From NCBI GenBank assembly GCA_947176745.1, contig CAMWRV010000001.1:44220-108219 (forward strand): a stretch of 64,000 bases of DNA, written 5' to 3'. The stretch's first letter is position 1. Each line of letters starts with the position of its first letter. The notes under the pieces are model-generated. The model was not told where the DNA came from. It was given only the letters and a program-made list of their open reading frames with translations, and made no database searches. This document shows positions 30,915 through 41,225 of this stretch, piece after piece. The position numbers were made by a program, and so were the translations under genes. Origin of the DNA: an uncultured Muribaculaceae bacterium. GTDB lineage: Bacteria > Bacteroidota > Bacteroidia > Bacteroidales > Muribaculaceae.

Positions 30915-33371
30915 TCAGCTGAACAGCGAGGCTATGTGGTAGGTGGCGAATGCCAGAATCCAGGCAAGCCCCGTGTTGTAGACGAGCGAGAATGCCGTGT
31001 ATTTCCAGCTTCCGGTCTCGCGGGTGACGGCGGCCAGTGTCGCGATACATGGAAAGTAGAGTAGAACGAACACAAGGAACGCAAGTGCCGAGGCCCGGTC
31101 GAACGGTGCTTTGCCGGTTAATTTCGAAGGTGTGCTGAGTCGTTCGGAAAGTGCGGCCGCGTCGTCATCTCCGACGTAGAGGACTCCGAGCGTCGAGACC
31201 ACTACCTCTTTTGCAGCCGCGCCGGCTATCAGCGACACGCAGGTCTTCCATCCGAATTCCATCGGTGCCACGACCGGCTCCACGGCTTTGCCGATATATC
31301 CCAGTATCGAGTGCTCCTGCTGGTATTCTGTAGTCACCATTTCCTCGATGGCTGCGGCGTCGTTTTCGGCAAGTGTTGTGGCCGGCATGTCGGCGGTCAC
31401 CTCTGTACGGTACGTCTCTGGCACTTCTTCAGCCGAATAGTGCGGGAAGTAGGAGAGTGCCCATATGATGATCGACGCCACAAGTATCAGACCTCCCATC
31501 TTCTTGAGATACTGCTCGGCTTTTCCCCACATGTTGCGCATGGTGGCCTTGAGTGTGGGCATGCGGTAAGGGGGAAGTTCCATCACAAAGGGAGTCTCGT
31601 CGGCCTTGAACCAGAACTTGCGCAGCATTTTAGCCGTGAGCACGGCTATGATGACTCCCAGCAGGTAGAGCCCGACAAACACAAGGGCGCCATGCTGCGG
31701 AAAGAATGCTCCGGCAAGCAGCACGTAAATAGGGATTCTGGCCGAACAGCTGATGAACGGATTGATGAGTATCGTGATCAGACGGCTCGACTTGCTCTCG
31801 ATTATCCTTGTCGACATGATGGCCGGAACGTTGCAGCCGAAGCCCATCACAAGCGGGATGAACGACTTGCCGTGTAGCCCCATCTTGTGCATTAGCCTGT
31901 CCATGATGAACGCCACACGCGCCATATACCCGGAATCTTCCATGAACGATATGAAGGCATAGAGTATGAGTATGTTCGGCAGGAATACGATCACACCGCC
32001 TACGCCGCCGATCACGCCGTCGAGCAGAAGGTCTTTCAGAGGGCCGTCGGCCATGTGGGCGCCGATTGTCTCCGAGATCCATCCGACCAGACTTTCTATC
32101 CATTCCATAGGATAGCTGCCGAGCTGGAATGTCGCCCAGAACATCACCCACATCGCTATCAGGAAGATCGGAAATCCGAAGAGCTTGTTTGTGACGAACG
32201 CATCGATTATTTTTGTCGATTTCTCCTCACGGTCGAGCGATCCTTCCATCGTTTCCCTTAGCGCTCCCTGGATGAATCCGTATTTGTCGGCAGAGATCGC
32301 AGATGTCACGTCCTCGCTGAGTTGTGTCTGGATTCTCGCATCCTCTTTGTCGCGCATCTCGACCCACTTCCTGTAGTTGCTGTTGCCGCTCAGCATTGAT
32401 TCGATCTCCGGATCACGCTCCATGAATTTGATTGCCAGAAAGCGGGGCGAGAAATGCTCCGTCACCGTCGGGTCTTTCTTGAACTCCCGGTTGAGGGCGG
32501 AGACCGCCTGTTCGATTTCGGGGTTCATGTTGACATGTATGTGGCGCGTGTCGGGGTTTTTCATCTCGTAGATGTCGATCACCGTGTCGAGCAGTCTGTC
32601 GATTCCCCATCCTGTGGGTGCTATCGTCGGTACGAACGGCACTCCGAGCATCTTGCCGAGCGATGAATAGTCGAGGCTGGCGTTTCCTTTCTGGAGCTCG
32701 TCATACATGTTGAGATCGACCACCATCGGAAGGTTCATGTCGATAAGCTCGGTTGTCAGGTAGAGGTTGCGTTCAAGATTTGACGCCACGACCACATTGA
32801 CTATGACGTCGGGGGTTTCCTCGCGAAGATATCGCATCACGTAGAGTTCTTCTGGCGAATAGGCCGAAAGCGAGTATGTGCCGGGCAGGTCGACTATGTT
32901 GAGCCGATAGCCTTTGTATCTCAGCGAGCCCTCTTTCGCTCCCACGGTCACGCCGGCATAGTTCCCCACATGCTCATGCGCTCCGGAGGCCATGTTGAAC
33001 AGTGATGTCTTTCCGCAGTTCGGATTTCCGATCAGGGCGATATTGATGATCTTGTCGCGGCGCAGCCGCCCGGTTTTATGCTGGTGCGCGTCGGACTCTG
33101 TCACGTCGTGCGCGTTGTCGGCATGTGTGGCAGAGGCATTCCAGTCTTCGAGCAGTTCGACTTCCACGAGATTGGCTTCGGCGCGGCGTAGCGACACCTC
33201 ATATCCCATCAGTGCGTATTTGACCGGATCCTGAAGCGGTGCGTTGAGTATGACACTCACTTCGCGACCCCTGACGAATCCCATCTCCATGACCCGTTTG
33301 CGGAAGGCTCCGTGTCCGAGTATTTTTGTTATGACGCCGGTCTGTCCCGGCTTAAGATCTGACAGTCGCAT
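30915..33371 (-). CDS. feoB: Ferrous iron transporter, FeoA-FeoB fusion protein
   Basis: 818 aa. The N-terminal ~75 aa form a FeoA SH3-like domain (LKPGQTGVITKILGHGAFRKRVMEMGFVRGREVSV). Next comes the G-domain GNPNCGKTSLFN, DLPGTYSL, followed by polytopic membrane domains. Confidence 0.93.
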   Translation of the reverse strand: MRLSDLKPGQTGVITKILGHGAFRKRVMEMGFVRGREVSVILNAPLQDPVKYALMGYEVSLRRAEANLVEVELLEDWNASATHADNAHDVTESDAHQHKTGRLRRDKIINIALIGNPNCGKTSLFNMASGAHEHVGNYAGVTVGAKEGSLRYKGYRLNIVDLPGTYSLSAYSPEELYVMRYLREETPDVIVNVVVASNLERNLYLTTELIDMNLPMVVDLNMYDELQKGNASLDYSSLGKMLGVPFVPTIAPTGWGIDRLLDTVIDIYEMKNPDTRHIHVNMNPEIEQAVSALNREFKKDPTVTEHFSPRFLAIKFMERDPEIESMLSGNSNYRKWVEMRDKEDARIQTQLSEDVTSAISADKYGFIQGALRETMEGSLDREEKSTKIIDAFVTNKLFGFPIFLIAMWVMFWATFQLGSYPMEWIESLVGWISETIGAHMADGPLKDLLLDGVIGGVGGVIVFLPNILILYAFISFMEDSGYMARVAFIMDRLMHKMGLHGKSFIPLVMGFGCNVPAIMSTRIIESKSSRLITILINPFISCSARIPIYVLLAGAFFPQHGALVFVGLYLLGVIIAVLTAKMLRKFWFKADETPFVMELPPYRMPTLKATMRNMWGKAEQYLKKMGGLILVASIIIWALSYFPHYSAEEVPETYRTEVTADMPATTLAENDAAAIEEMVTTEYQQEHSILGYIGKAVEPVVAPMEFGWKTCVSLIAGAAAKEVVVSTLGVLYVGDDDAAALSERLSTPSKLTGKAPFDRASALAFLVFVLLYFPCIATLAAVTRETGSWKYTAFSLVYNTGLAWILAFATYHIASLFS

Positions 33372-33396
33372 GAATTCTTAAGTATGTTTTAACCCA

Positions 33397-33404
33397 CAAA
33401 AATA
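33397..33404 (-). promoter_or_regulatory. -7 promoter box TATTTTTG for feoAB
   Basis: The reverse complement of caaaaata matches TAnnTTTG, about 26 nt upstream of the ATG at 33371. Confidence 0.45.
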
Positions 33405-33442
33405 CAACCAATATCCGACGATGCCAAAACCCTTCGGCAAAT

Positions 33443-33458
33443 TACCCATTTATGGGTA
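33443..33458. promoter_or_regulatory. Palindrome TACCCA-TTTA-TGGGTA upstream of feoAB; candidate metalloregulator operator
   Basis: Read directly. It lies about 40-55 nt upstream of the -7 box. Confidence 0.35.
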
Positions 33459-33473
33459 GAGTCATAATAGAGG

Positions 33474-33504
33474 GGAGGGCGCGCGGTTATTCCGTGCGCC
33501 CTCC
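33474..33504 (-). terminator. GC-rich stem-loop downstream of the S9 peptidase gene
   Basis: ggagggcgcgcgg ttatt ccgtgcgccctcc, a stem of about 13 bp. Confidence 0.6.
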
Positions 33505-33523
33505 TTCGGGATATCCATACCGT

Positions 33524-33563
33524 ATATGATGTATATGACGGGGATATGATGTATATGACGGTG
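33524..33563. repeat. Tandem 20-bp direct repeat (2 copies) immediately 3' of the peptidase stop
   Basis: atatgatgtatatgacgggg / atatgatgtatatgacggtg. Confidence 0.9.
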
Positions 33564-33565
33564 TC

Positions 33566-35674
33566 TTATTTCGCGTTCTTCAGGTGCTTGTCGAGGAAGC
33601 GGAAGAATGTCCGCTGCCAGAGTATTGCGTTCTGGGGCTTCAGCACCCAGTGGTTTTCATCGGGGAAGACGAGCATTTCGGCCTCAAGTCCGTGCATTTT
33701 GGCGGCGTTGAATGCCTGCATGCCTTGAGATGCGAGGATACGGTAGTCAAGTTCGCCGACAGTGACAAGCATCGGTGCTGTCCAGTTGTTGACAAAGCGG
33801 TGGGGGGAGTTGGCGTAGGTGCGCTGTGCGGTGGCGTTCTCCTTGTCCCAGTAGGGGCCGCCGAGGTCGAAGTCGGCAAACCACATCTCTTCTGTCTCCA
33901 GATACTGAGCCTCCACGTTGAAGATTCCCGCGTGGGCTACAAGAGCGGCGAAGCGGCCGTCGTTGTGGCCTGCGAGCCAATACACCGAGAATCCGCCGTA
34001 GCTTGCGCCGATCGCACCCACATGGTCTGCGTCTACATATGGCTGAGACTTGATGTAGTCGGTGGCTGCGAAGTAGTCCTGCATGTTCTGGCCACCGTAA
34101 TCACCTGAGATCTGGCGGTTCCATGCGGTACCGAATCCAGGCACGCCGTGACGGTTGGGGGCGATGATGATATATCCGTGGGCCGCCATGATCATGAAGT
34201 TCCAGCGGTAGCTCCAGAACTGGCTGACGGCCTGCTGCGGACCGCCCTGGCAGTAGAGTATCGCGGGGTATTTCTTGTTCGGGTCGAAGTCGGGCGGAAG
34301 AATCTCCCAACAGGTCATCTGGCCTCCGTCGGTGGTCGGAACTATAACTTTGCGCACGTCTCCGAGCTTAAGCTGGTCAAGAAGCTCCTTGTTGACAGAT
34401 GTAAGCTGTTTTGCCTCATTCGCGCCCTTGGTCACTACAAAAATCTCGTTGGGCTCGCGCATGGAGTGGCGCATGACGATCGCGGCGTTGTCGGCCACTG
34501 GCGTCACGCCAACATAGTCGTATTGACCGTCGGCCACTGTGTCGATGGCACAGGTGTTGACGTCGATGGTGAATACCGGCGATACTCCCTGATAGTAGCC
34601 TGTAAACCAGATCGAGCTGCCGTTTTTCGCCCATGCTATCTGCTCGGGCCAGTAATCCCAGTCGGCTGTCAGGTCGCGGGTCTCGCGGCTCTTCATGTCC
34701 ATTACCATCAGGCGTTTCTTGTCGCTTTCGTATTTGGCTGTAGGCATCGAGAGCCATGCGAGTGTGTTGCCGTCGGGCGAGAACACGGGGTCAGTGTCGT
34801 AGCCCGGGAATCCTTCACCGGTGAGCTGCTCTGTGTTGCCGCTTGCGAGGTCGTAGAGATAGAGGTTGGAGTCTGTCGAGAAGACGTATTCCATACCTTT
34901 GAGTTTGCGGCTTACATACACGAGTTTCGAGCCGTCGGGAGTCCATGCGAATGACTCTGCGCCGCCGAACGGACGCATCGGGCATTCAAACGGCTCGCCG
35001 GCCATGATGTCTTTTGCGTTCTTGACTTCGCCGTCGAGATCGGCCACAAAGGGATGTGGAATCTTGCTCACCCATTCGTCCCAGTGCTTGTAGCCGAGAT
35101 CGTCAACGACGCGGCCTGTGGTTTTGGGAAGTCCTTTGAAAAGCTCCTCGTCGTTCTTGTTGAAGTCATCGATTGCCGATGCGAACACGACATGCTTTCC
35201 GTCGGGACTGATCTTGAAGCATTCTATTCCGTTTTTCTCTGCTGACAGACGCTTCTCACCCGATCCGTCGGCGTTCATGCTGAATATCTGCACTGCGTCT
35301 GTCTCCTTGTCGTGGCGGAGAAACGCGATCTTCTTGCCCTCTTCTATCCACTGGAGGTTCGATTCCGATCCGGCGGTAGTGGTGAGTCTCTTCATCTCCT
35401 TGCCGTCTGCCTCCATGATGTATATCTCGGAGTTGCCTTTGTTCTCCTCGATATCCTCATAGGTGAGGGTGAAGATGATTTTGGTTCCGTCGGGCGACGG
35501 TGTCGCCTCAGAAATGCGCCCGAAGGCCTCGAGAACCTCGGGGGTAAGCATGCCGTTCTCGATCTTGATTTCCGGCTTTTCAATCACTTTGGCATCGCCG
35601 CCGCTTTTGTCGGAGCATGCGGTCAGGGCCAGGGGCAATAGCATTGCACACATTTTTAATCCTGTTTTGTCCAT
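33566..35674 (-). CDS. S9-family serine peptidase (prolyl oligopeptidase / acylaminoacyl-peptidase type) with an N-terminal beta-propeller; lipoprotein signal
   Basis: 702 aa. LALTACSDK lipobox and nucleophile motif GASYGG. The C-terminal region matches the alpha/beta hydrolase pattern (DYRILASQG...VFPDENHWV). Confidence 0.88.
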   Translation of the reverse strand: MDKTGLKMCAMLLPLALTACSDKSGGDAKVIEKPEIKIENGMLTPEVLEAFGRISEATPSPDGTKIIFTLTYEDIEENKGNSEIYIMEADGKEMKRLTTTAGSESNLQWIEEGKKIAFLRHDKETDAVQIFSMNADGSGEKRLSAEKNGIECFKISPDGKHVVFASAIDDFNKNDEELFKGLPKTTGRVVDDLGYKHWDEWVSKIPHPFVADLDGEVKNAKDIMAGEPFECPMRPFGGAESFAWTPDGSKLVYVSRKLKGMEYVFSTDSNLYLYDLASGNTEQLTGEGFPGYDTDPVFSPDGNTLAWLSMPTAKYESDKKRLMVMDMKSRETRDLTADWDYWPEQIAWAKNGSSIWFTGYYQGVSPVFTIDVNTCAIDTVADGQYDYVGVTPVADNAAIVMRHSMREPNEIFVVTKGANEAKQLTSVNKELLDQLKLGDVRKVIVPTTDGGQMTCWEILPPDFDPNKKYPAILYCQGGPQQAVSQFWSYRWNFMIMAAHGYIIIAPNRHGVPGFGTAWNRQISGDYGGQNMQDYFAATDYIKSQPYVDADHVGAIGASYGGFSVYWLAGHNDGRFAALVAHAGIFNVEAQYLETEEMWFADFDLGGPYWDKENATAQRTYANSPHRFVNNWTAPMLVTVGELDYRILASQGMQAFNAAKMHGLEAEMLVFPDENHWVLKPQNAILWQRTFFRFLDKHLKNAK

Positions 35675-35679
35675 GACGT

Positions 35680-37617
35680 TCAGTGTTTTTTGGTATTACG
35701 GTGTTTGTTGTTCATATTGCTGTTTTCTTTAGTGTTTCTGTTTCCTGTCTTGCGGCCACCAGTCTTTCTTTCCGGTCCGCGTGTGCCCCCTCGTCTGGCC
35801 GAGTCGAGACGGTTGCCCGGGTAGAGAGCCTGGATCAGGTCGGGTCTGTGCATCTTGCGCAGTTCGGCCGTGATCGACGCTCTGCTTTCAGGTTTCCACC
35901 AGAAGAAGAACTGGCGCTGTGCCAGCTTCTCGCGTTCGTTCCTTGCAGTATACATCTTCTCGCCGGTGTACGGATGATAGCCCGAGTAGTATATTTCTGT
36001 GGCTACGGTCATCGGCGTTGGGGTAAAATCTTGCACTTGTTCGAGCTGGAAGTTCAGATCTTTGGTTATGGCCGCGAGTTCGGCCATGTGCTCTTCCCGG
36101 CATCCGGGGTGAGACGATATGAAGTAGGGTATGAGCTGCTGGCGCAGACCTGCCTCGGTGTTTGTCTTGTCGAAGATGCGCTTGAATCTGCGGAACTGTT
36201 CGAATTCAGGCTTGCGCATGCACATGAGCACTTCGTCCGACGTGTGCTCGGGTGCCACTTTCAGTCGTCCGCTTACGTGGCTTGTGATCAGTTCTCTAAG
36301 ATAGTCGCGGTTTGTCTTGTCGGTGTCGGCCGATCCGGAGGGAGCCATGGCGAGGTCATAGCGGACGCCGCTGCCGATAAAAGATTTCTTTATGCCGGGC
36401 AGTGCGTCGACCGCATGGTAGACTTCGAGCAGCCGCGCATGATCGTTGTCAAGATTGCGGCAAGGCCTGGGGTGAAGGCATGACGGGCGCGCGCACCGAC
36501 GACAGATCTCTTTGTCGCGCCCTCCCATGGCGTACATGTTGGCCGAGGGGCCTCCGAGATCGGATATGTATCCCTTGAAGTCATCCATCGTGGTCACTTG
36601 TCTTGCCTCGCGGACTATCGACTCTTTCGACCGCGAAGCGATGAATTTTCCCTGATGTGCGGATATGGTGCAGAAAGCGCATCCGCCGAAGCATCCGCGG
36701 TGCATGCAGATGGAATGGCGTATCATCTCGTAGGCCGGAATGGTTTTTCCCTTGTATCTCGGATGGGGGAGTCGTGTGTACGGCAGGTCGAACGATGCGT
36801 CGATCTCTCCAGTGGTCATGGGGGGAAGCATCGGGTTGATGCGCACCATCTTTCCCCTGACCTCCTGCCAGATCGTTGCTCCGTGATATTTGTTGGATTC
36901 CTCTTCTACGTGCCGGAAATTAAGTGACTGGAGTTTTTTGTTTTTCAGACATGACTCGTAACTGTGAAGCACAATATCTCCTTCGGAAGGTGCTCCATTG
37001 GTAATAAAGGCAGTTTGTTGCACATCCGTTATATCTCTGATGTCCTCTCCCCGGTCAAGTCTTGCGGCGATCTCAAGCATGGTGCGTTCTCCCATGCCAT
37101 AGCATATCATGTCGGCAGGTGCGTCGAGAAGTATGGAGGGGCGGAGTCTGTCTTCCCAGTAGTCGTAATGGGCCACGCGCCGGAGAGATGCCTCGATGCC
37201 TCCCGCAATGATGGGGGTGTCCGGATAAAGTTCTTTCAGAATCCGGGAGTAGACTATGGTGGGCATGTCTGGACGCATCCCGTGCCGTCCTCCGGCTGTA
37301 TAAGCATCGTCGTGGCGCAAGCGCCGGTTGGCGGTGTAATGGTTCACCATGGAGTCCATTGCTCCGGCCGACACGCCGAAAAAGAGTCTCGGCTTTCCAA
37401 GTTTGCGGAAATCACGAAGGTCGTCGCGCCAGTTTGGCTGGGGCACAATGGCCACGCGGTAGCCGGCTTTCTGGAGTGTCCTGCCGATCACGGCCGCGCC
37501 AAACGACGGATGATCCACATATGCGTCGCCCGAGAAAATTATTATGTCGGGTCTGTCCCAGCCGAGGGCTTCGGCCTCCTCGCGCGATGTCGGTAGAAAA
37601 TCACTCTTTGACGGCAT
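35680..37617 (-). CDS. ygiQ: YgiQ-family radical SAM protein (UPF0313)
   Basis: 645 aa. FLPTSREEAEALGWDRPDIIIFSGDAYVDHPSFG is the typical N-terminus. The radical-SAM region is HRGCFGGCAFCTI, followed by a basic C-terminal tail. Confidence 0.88.
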   Translation of the reverse strand: MPSKSDFLPTSREEAEALGWDRPDIIIFSGDAYVDHPSFGAAVIGRTLQKAGYRVAIVPQPNWRDDLRDFRKLGKPRLFFGVSAGAMDSMVNHYTANRRLRHDDAYTAGGRHGMRPDMPTIVYSRILKELYPDTPIIAGGIEASLRRVAHYDYWEDRLRPSILLDAPADMICYGMGERTMLEIAARLDRGEDIRDITDVQQTAFITNGAPSEGDIVLHSYESCLKNKKLQSLNFRHVEEESNKYHGATIWQEVRGKMVRINPMLPPMTTGEIDASFDLPYTRLPHPRYKGKTIPAYEMIRHSICMHRGCFGGCAFCTISAHQGKFIASRSKESIVREARQVTTMDDFKGYISDLGGPSANMYAMGGRDKEICRRCARPSCLHPRPCRNLDNDHARLLEVYHAVDALPGIKKSFIGSGVRYDLAMAPSGSADTDKTNRDYLRELITSHVSGRLKVAPEHTSDEVLMCMRKPEFEQFRRFKRIFDKTNTEAGLRQQLIPYFISSHPGCREEHMAELAAITKDLNFQLEQVQDFTPTPMTVATEIYYSGYHPYTGEKMYTARNEREKLAQRQFFFWWKPESRASITAELRKMHRPDLIQALYPGNRLDSARRGGTRGPERKTGGRKTGNRNTKENSNMNNKHRNTKKH

Positions 37618-39709
37618 TGCTGTTTTCCTTTTGAAGTGATGCCTGCAGATCCTGCAGGTTTACAAGTTCGTCGCGCAGTTGTGCCGCCTCGATGAAGTCG
37701 GTGCGGCGTGCGGCGGCTATCATGTCGTGCCGCACGCGTTCGATGCGGCTTTCGATTTCAGGCAGGCTCATGTATTCTATCACCGGGTCGGCGGCATATG
37801 CGGCCTCATGCTCTTCCTCTATATAAGGACGCGGAGCATGCGACGGAGTCTGGGGGCGTGCCGCGCTCTGCTTTTCTCTGACGTTCCTGCGTTCGGCCGT
37901 CTTGCCTCCCTCGTAGATCTCGATAAGGTCGTTGCCGCTTTTCTTTACAATAGGTGTCGGCACGATGCCGTGCTCTATATTATATGCCATCTGCTTGGCG
38001 CGGCGGCGCTCTGTCTCGTCGATGGTGCGCTGCATCGAGTCTGTGATCTTGTCGGCATACATTATTACTTTGCCGTGGACGTTGCGGGCCGCGCGTCCGG
38101 CTGTCTGGGTCAGCGAGCGATGGTTGCGCAGGAAACCCTCTTTGTCGGCGTCGAGTATCGCCACAAGGCTCACCTGCGGAAGGTCGAGACCCTCGCGGAG
38201 AAGGTTGACTCCGATCAGCACGTCATACGTGCCCTGACGCAGATCCTCAAGAATGCGGATGCGCTCAAGTGTGTCGACATCGCTGTGTATGTAGGCCGAA
38301 CGTATGCCCCATTTAATAAGATGTCGGTTAAGTTCCTCGGCCATGCGCTTTGTCAGCGTCGTGACAAGTATGCGTTCGTCGGCCTCGATGCGAAGGCGTA
38401 TCTCCTCCATCAGGTCGTCAATCTGGTTGAGGGTGGGGCGGATCTCGATTTCAGGATCAAGAAGCCCTGTGGGTCGGATCACCTGTTCGGTAAAGACTCC
38501 CTCGGTCTGCAGCATCTCGTAGTCGCCGGGTGTGGCGCTTACGTATATCACCTGCGGGGTCAGACTCTCGAACTCCTCGAATTTGAGAGGCCGGTTGTCT
38601 ATGGCGGCGGGAAGCCTGAATCCATATTCCACAAGGTTCATCTTTCTTGAGAGGTCTCCTCCGTTCATGCCTCTTATCTGCGGAAGCGTGACGTGGCTTT
38701 CATCTATTATGGTGAGAAAATCTTTCGGAAAATAATCGAGCAGACAGAAAGGACGCATGCCCGGCTCGCGTCCGTCGAAATATCTTGAGTAGTTCTCGAT
38801 GCCGCTGCAGTGTCCGAGTTCCTTGATCATCTCAAGGTCGTAGGTGACACGCTCGCGCAGACGTTCGGCTTCAAGAATCCTCCCTTCCCTACGGAAGAAA
38901 TCGCACTGTGCCCCGAGATCGAGGGCTATGCGGTCCACGGCCTGTGCGGTGCGCTCTTTCGACGACACAAATATGTTGGCCGGATAGATATTGAACCCTT
39001 CAAGATCGGTCAGCGGCGTGCCGGAATCCGGATCGACTGTCTGTATCTTCTCGATTTCGTCGCCCCAGAACATCACACGGAGCTGTATCTCCTCGAACGA
39101 CAGCATTATGTCGACCGTATCTCCCTTGACGCGGAACTGTCCGCGCATAAGTTCAGTCTCCGTGCGGCTGTAGAGCGAGTCGACGAGCCTGCGCAGAAAC
39201 GCGTTGCGCGATATGCGGTCGCCCACCGATATGCGCACCACTGTCTGCGCGAAGTCTTCAGGATTGCCCATGCCGTAGATGCAGCTCACCGACGAGACCA
39301 CGATCACGTCGCGGCGTCCCGACAGGAGCGCGGCGGCGGTCGACAGACGCAGCTTGTCGATCTGGTCGTTGATCATGAGGTCTTTTTCGATATACTTGTC
39401 CGATCCGGGTATGTAGGCTTCCGGCTGATAGTAGTCGTAGTAACTCACAAAGTACTGCACCGAATTGTCGGGAAAGAAATTCTTGAACTCCGAATAGAGC
39501 TGTGCGGCAAGGGTCTTGTTGTGCGAGAGTATGAGTGTGGGACGCTGCACCTGCTGGATGACATTGGCCATCGTAAACGTCTTGCCGCTGCCGGTGACGC
39601 CGAGCAGTGTCTGGTGTTTCTGACCGCTGCGTACGCCTTCGGCAAGTTCGGCTATGGCTTCCGGCTGGTCGCCGGTAGGCATGTATTCACTTGTCAGCTT
39701 GAAATCCAT
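37601..39709 (-). CDS. uvrB: Excinuclease ABC subunit B
   Basis: The real start is the ATG at 39709: MDFKLTSEYMPTGDQPEAIAEL. Also GVTGSGKTFTMA, the helicase motifs and a C-terminal UVR domain (IEAAQLRDEL). The track ORF is extended by 53 codons. Confidence 0.96.
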   Translation of the reverse strand: MDFKLTSEYMPTGDQPEAIAELAEGVRSGQKHQTLLGVTGSGKTFTMANVIQQVQRPTLILSHNKTLAAQLYSEFKNFFPDNSVQYFVSYYDYYQPEAYIPGSDKYIEKDLMINDQIDKLRLSTAAALLSGRRDVIVVSSVSCIYGMGNPEDFAQTVVRISVGDRISRNAFLRRLVDSLYSRTETELMRGQFRVKGDTVDIMLSFEEIQLRVMFWGDEIEKIQTVDPDSGTPLTDLEGFNIYPANIFVSSKERTAQAVDRIALDLGAQCDFFRREGRILEAERLRERVTYDLEMIKELGHCSGIENYSRYFDGREPGMRPFCLLDYFPKDFLTIIDESHVTLPQIRGMNGGDLSRKMNLVEYGFRLPAAIDNRPLKFEEFESLTPQVIYVSATPGDYEMLQTEGVFTEQVIRPTGLLDPEIEIRPTLNQIDDLMEEIRLRIEADERILVTTLTKRMAEELNRHLIKWGIRSAYIHSDVDTLERIRILEDLRQGTYDVLIGVNLLREGLDLPQVSLVAILDADKEGFLRNHRSLTQTAGRAARNVHGKVIMYADKITDSMQRTIDETERRRAKQMAYNIEHGIVPTPIVKKSGNDLIEIYEGGKTAERRNVREKQSAARPQTPSHAPRPYIEEEHEAAYAADPVIEYMSLPEIESRIERVRHDMIAAARRTDFIEAAQLRDELVNLQDLQASLQKENSNAVKE

Positions 39710-39931
39710 CTTACAAAAATAATGTATTTTCAGGTAGAATGCAACCGCGACGCCTTTAATAATGTGACTCCCGGTGTTAAAAAAAGTTGAAATGTCTGTT
39801 TTTGTCACCGGAAAAGAGTGATTTTTGCCTCTGTCCCGGTGTTGATATTGAAGTTTAGACGTCTGCATTTTGTTATCACAAGAATTATGACTAATTTTGT
39901 AGGAAAGTTACAGATATAAAATTTTAAGAAA

Positions 39932-40687
39932 ATGAGAAAGAATATTGTAGCCGGCAACTGGAAAATGAACACCACTCTTGAGGAGGGTGTCGAACTCGCC
40001 AACAATGTCAACGCCCTTCTCAAGGGCAAGAAAGCGAACTGCGACGTTATCGTGTGCGTTCCTTTCACCCACCTCACCTCTGTCAATGCCGTTCTTGAGC
40101 CTGAACTCGTCAGCCTCGGCGCGGAGAACTGTTCAGAGCATGCCAAGGGCGCATACACCGGAGAGGTCAGCGCGTCGATGGTGAAGTCGACAGGTGCCGG
40201 ATACGTAATTCTGGGTCACAGCGAGCGCCGTCAGTATTTCGGTGAGAACAACGAGCAGCTTCTCGCCAAGACCAAGATCGCTCTCGAGAACGGTCTGCTC
40301 CCCATCTTCTGTGTGGGCGAGGTGCTTGAGCAGCGCGAAGACGGATCGTTCAACGAGGTTGTGAAGTCGCAGGTCGAGGCTCTCTTCTCTCTCTCTGCTG
40401 AAGACTTCGGCAAGATCGTGATCGCATACGAGCCCGTATGGGCCATCGGCACAGGCAAGACTGCAACTGCAGAGCAGGCTCAGGAAATGCACGCCCATAT
40501 CCGTGGCGTAATCGCCGACAAATATGGCAAAGAGGTGGCTGACAACACTTCGATCCTCTACGGCGGCAGCTGCAAACCCTCGAATGCAAAGGAAATCTTT
40601 GCAAAGCCCGATGTAGACGGCGGTCTCATCGGTGGCGCGGCTCTGAAGGCTGAGGACTTCATGGGCATTATCGAGGCGTTTGACTAA
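39932..40687 (+). CDS. tpiA: Triose-phosphate isomerase
   Basis: 251 aa. [27 protein letters not shown] and YGGS. Confidence 0.97.
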   Translation: MRKNIVAGNWKMNTTLEEGVELANNVNALLKGKKANCDVIVCVPFTHLTSVNAVLEPELVSLGAENCSEHAKGAYTGEVSASMVKSTGAGYVILGHSERRQYFGENNEQLLAKTKIALENGLLPIFCVGEVLEQREDGSFNEVVKSQVEALFSLSAEDFGKIVIAYEPVWAIGTGKTATAEQAQEMHAHIRGVIADKYGKEVADNTSILYGGSCKPSNAKEIFAKPDVDGGLIGGAALKAEDFMGIIEAFD

Positions 40688-40699
40688 TCGGCGGTGAAG

Positions 40700-41221
40700 A
40701 TGGATCTGAAAAACCTGATATTGATACTGGCCGCGGCCGGAGGCATTATGCCTCCGGCTTCGGCTCAGTCTGTTTCCGGAGAAAAAGCGCCGGGACGCTC
40801 CTCGAATCCGGTGGAGCGTATAATGGAGGAATCGGAGGGCAATGTGGTGATCGACATTCCGGCCGATATTCTCGAACGCATTCTCAAAGACGATCAGCAG
40901 TCGCAGAGAAACGGTGGCGCGGTGCTCCGTCCCGGCATCAACAAGATGTCAGGCTTCAGGGTTCAGGTTTTCAGTGACGGTCATAACCAGCATTCGCTTG
41001 AGTCGAGGGCAAAGGCCAGAGGCAGCGCGATAGTGGCCAGATTCCCCAAATACAGAGGACAGGTCTATTCCTTCTCAAGCTCTCCCAACTGGTATACCCG
41101 CATCGGCAATTTCCGCACTTCCGAGGAGGCTTCGGCTGCAATGGCCGAACTCAAGAGGGCGTTTCCGCAGTTTGCCGCGGAAATGCGTGTGGTAAGAAGT
41201 CAGATCGTAGTAATCAAATGA
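40700..41221 (+). CDS. SPOR-domain protein
   Basis: Signal/anchor sequence. The C-terminal FRVQVFSD...WYTRIGNFRTSEEASAAMAELKRAFPQ is a SPOR repeat pattern. Confidence 0.75.
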   Translation: MDLKNLILILAAAGGIMPPASAQSVSGEKAPGRSSNPVERIMEESEGNVVIDIPADILERILKDDQQSQRNGGAVLRPGINKMSGFRVQVFSDGHNQHSLESRAKARGSAIVARFPKYRGQVYSFSSSPNWYTRIGNFRTSEEASAAMAELKRAFPQFAAEMRVVRSQIVVIK

Positions 41222-41225
41222 AGTG

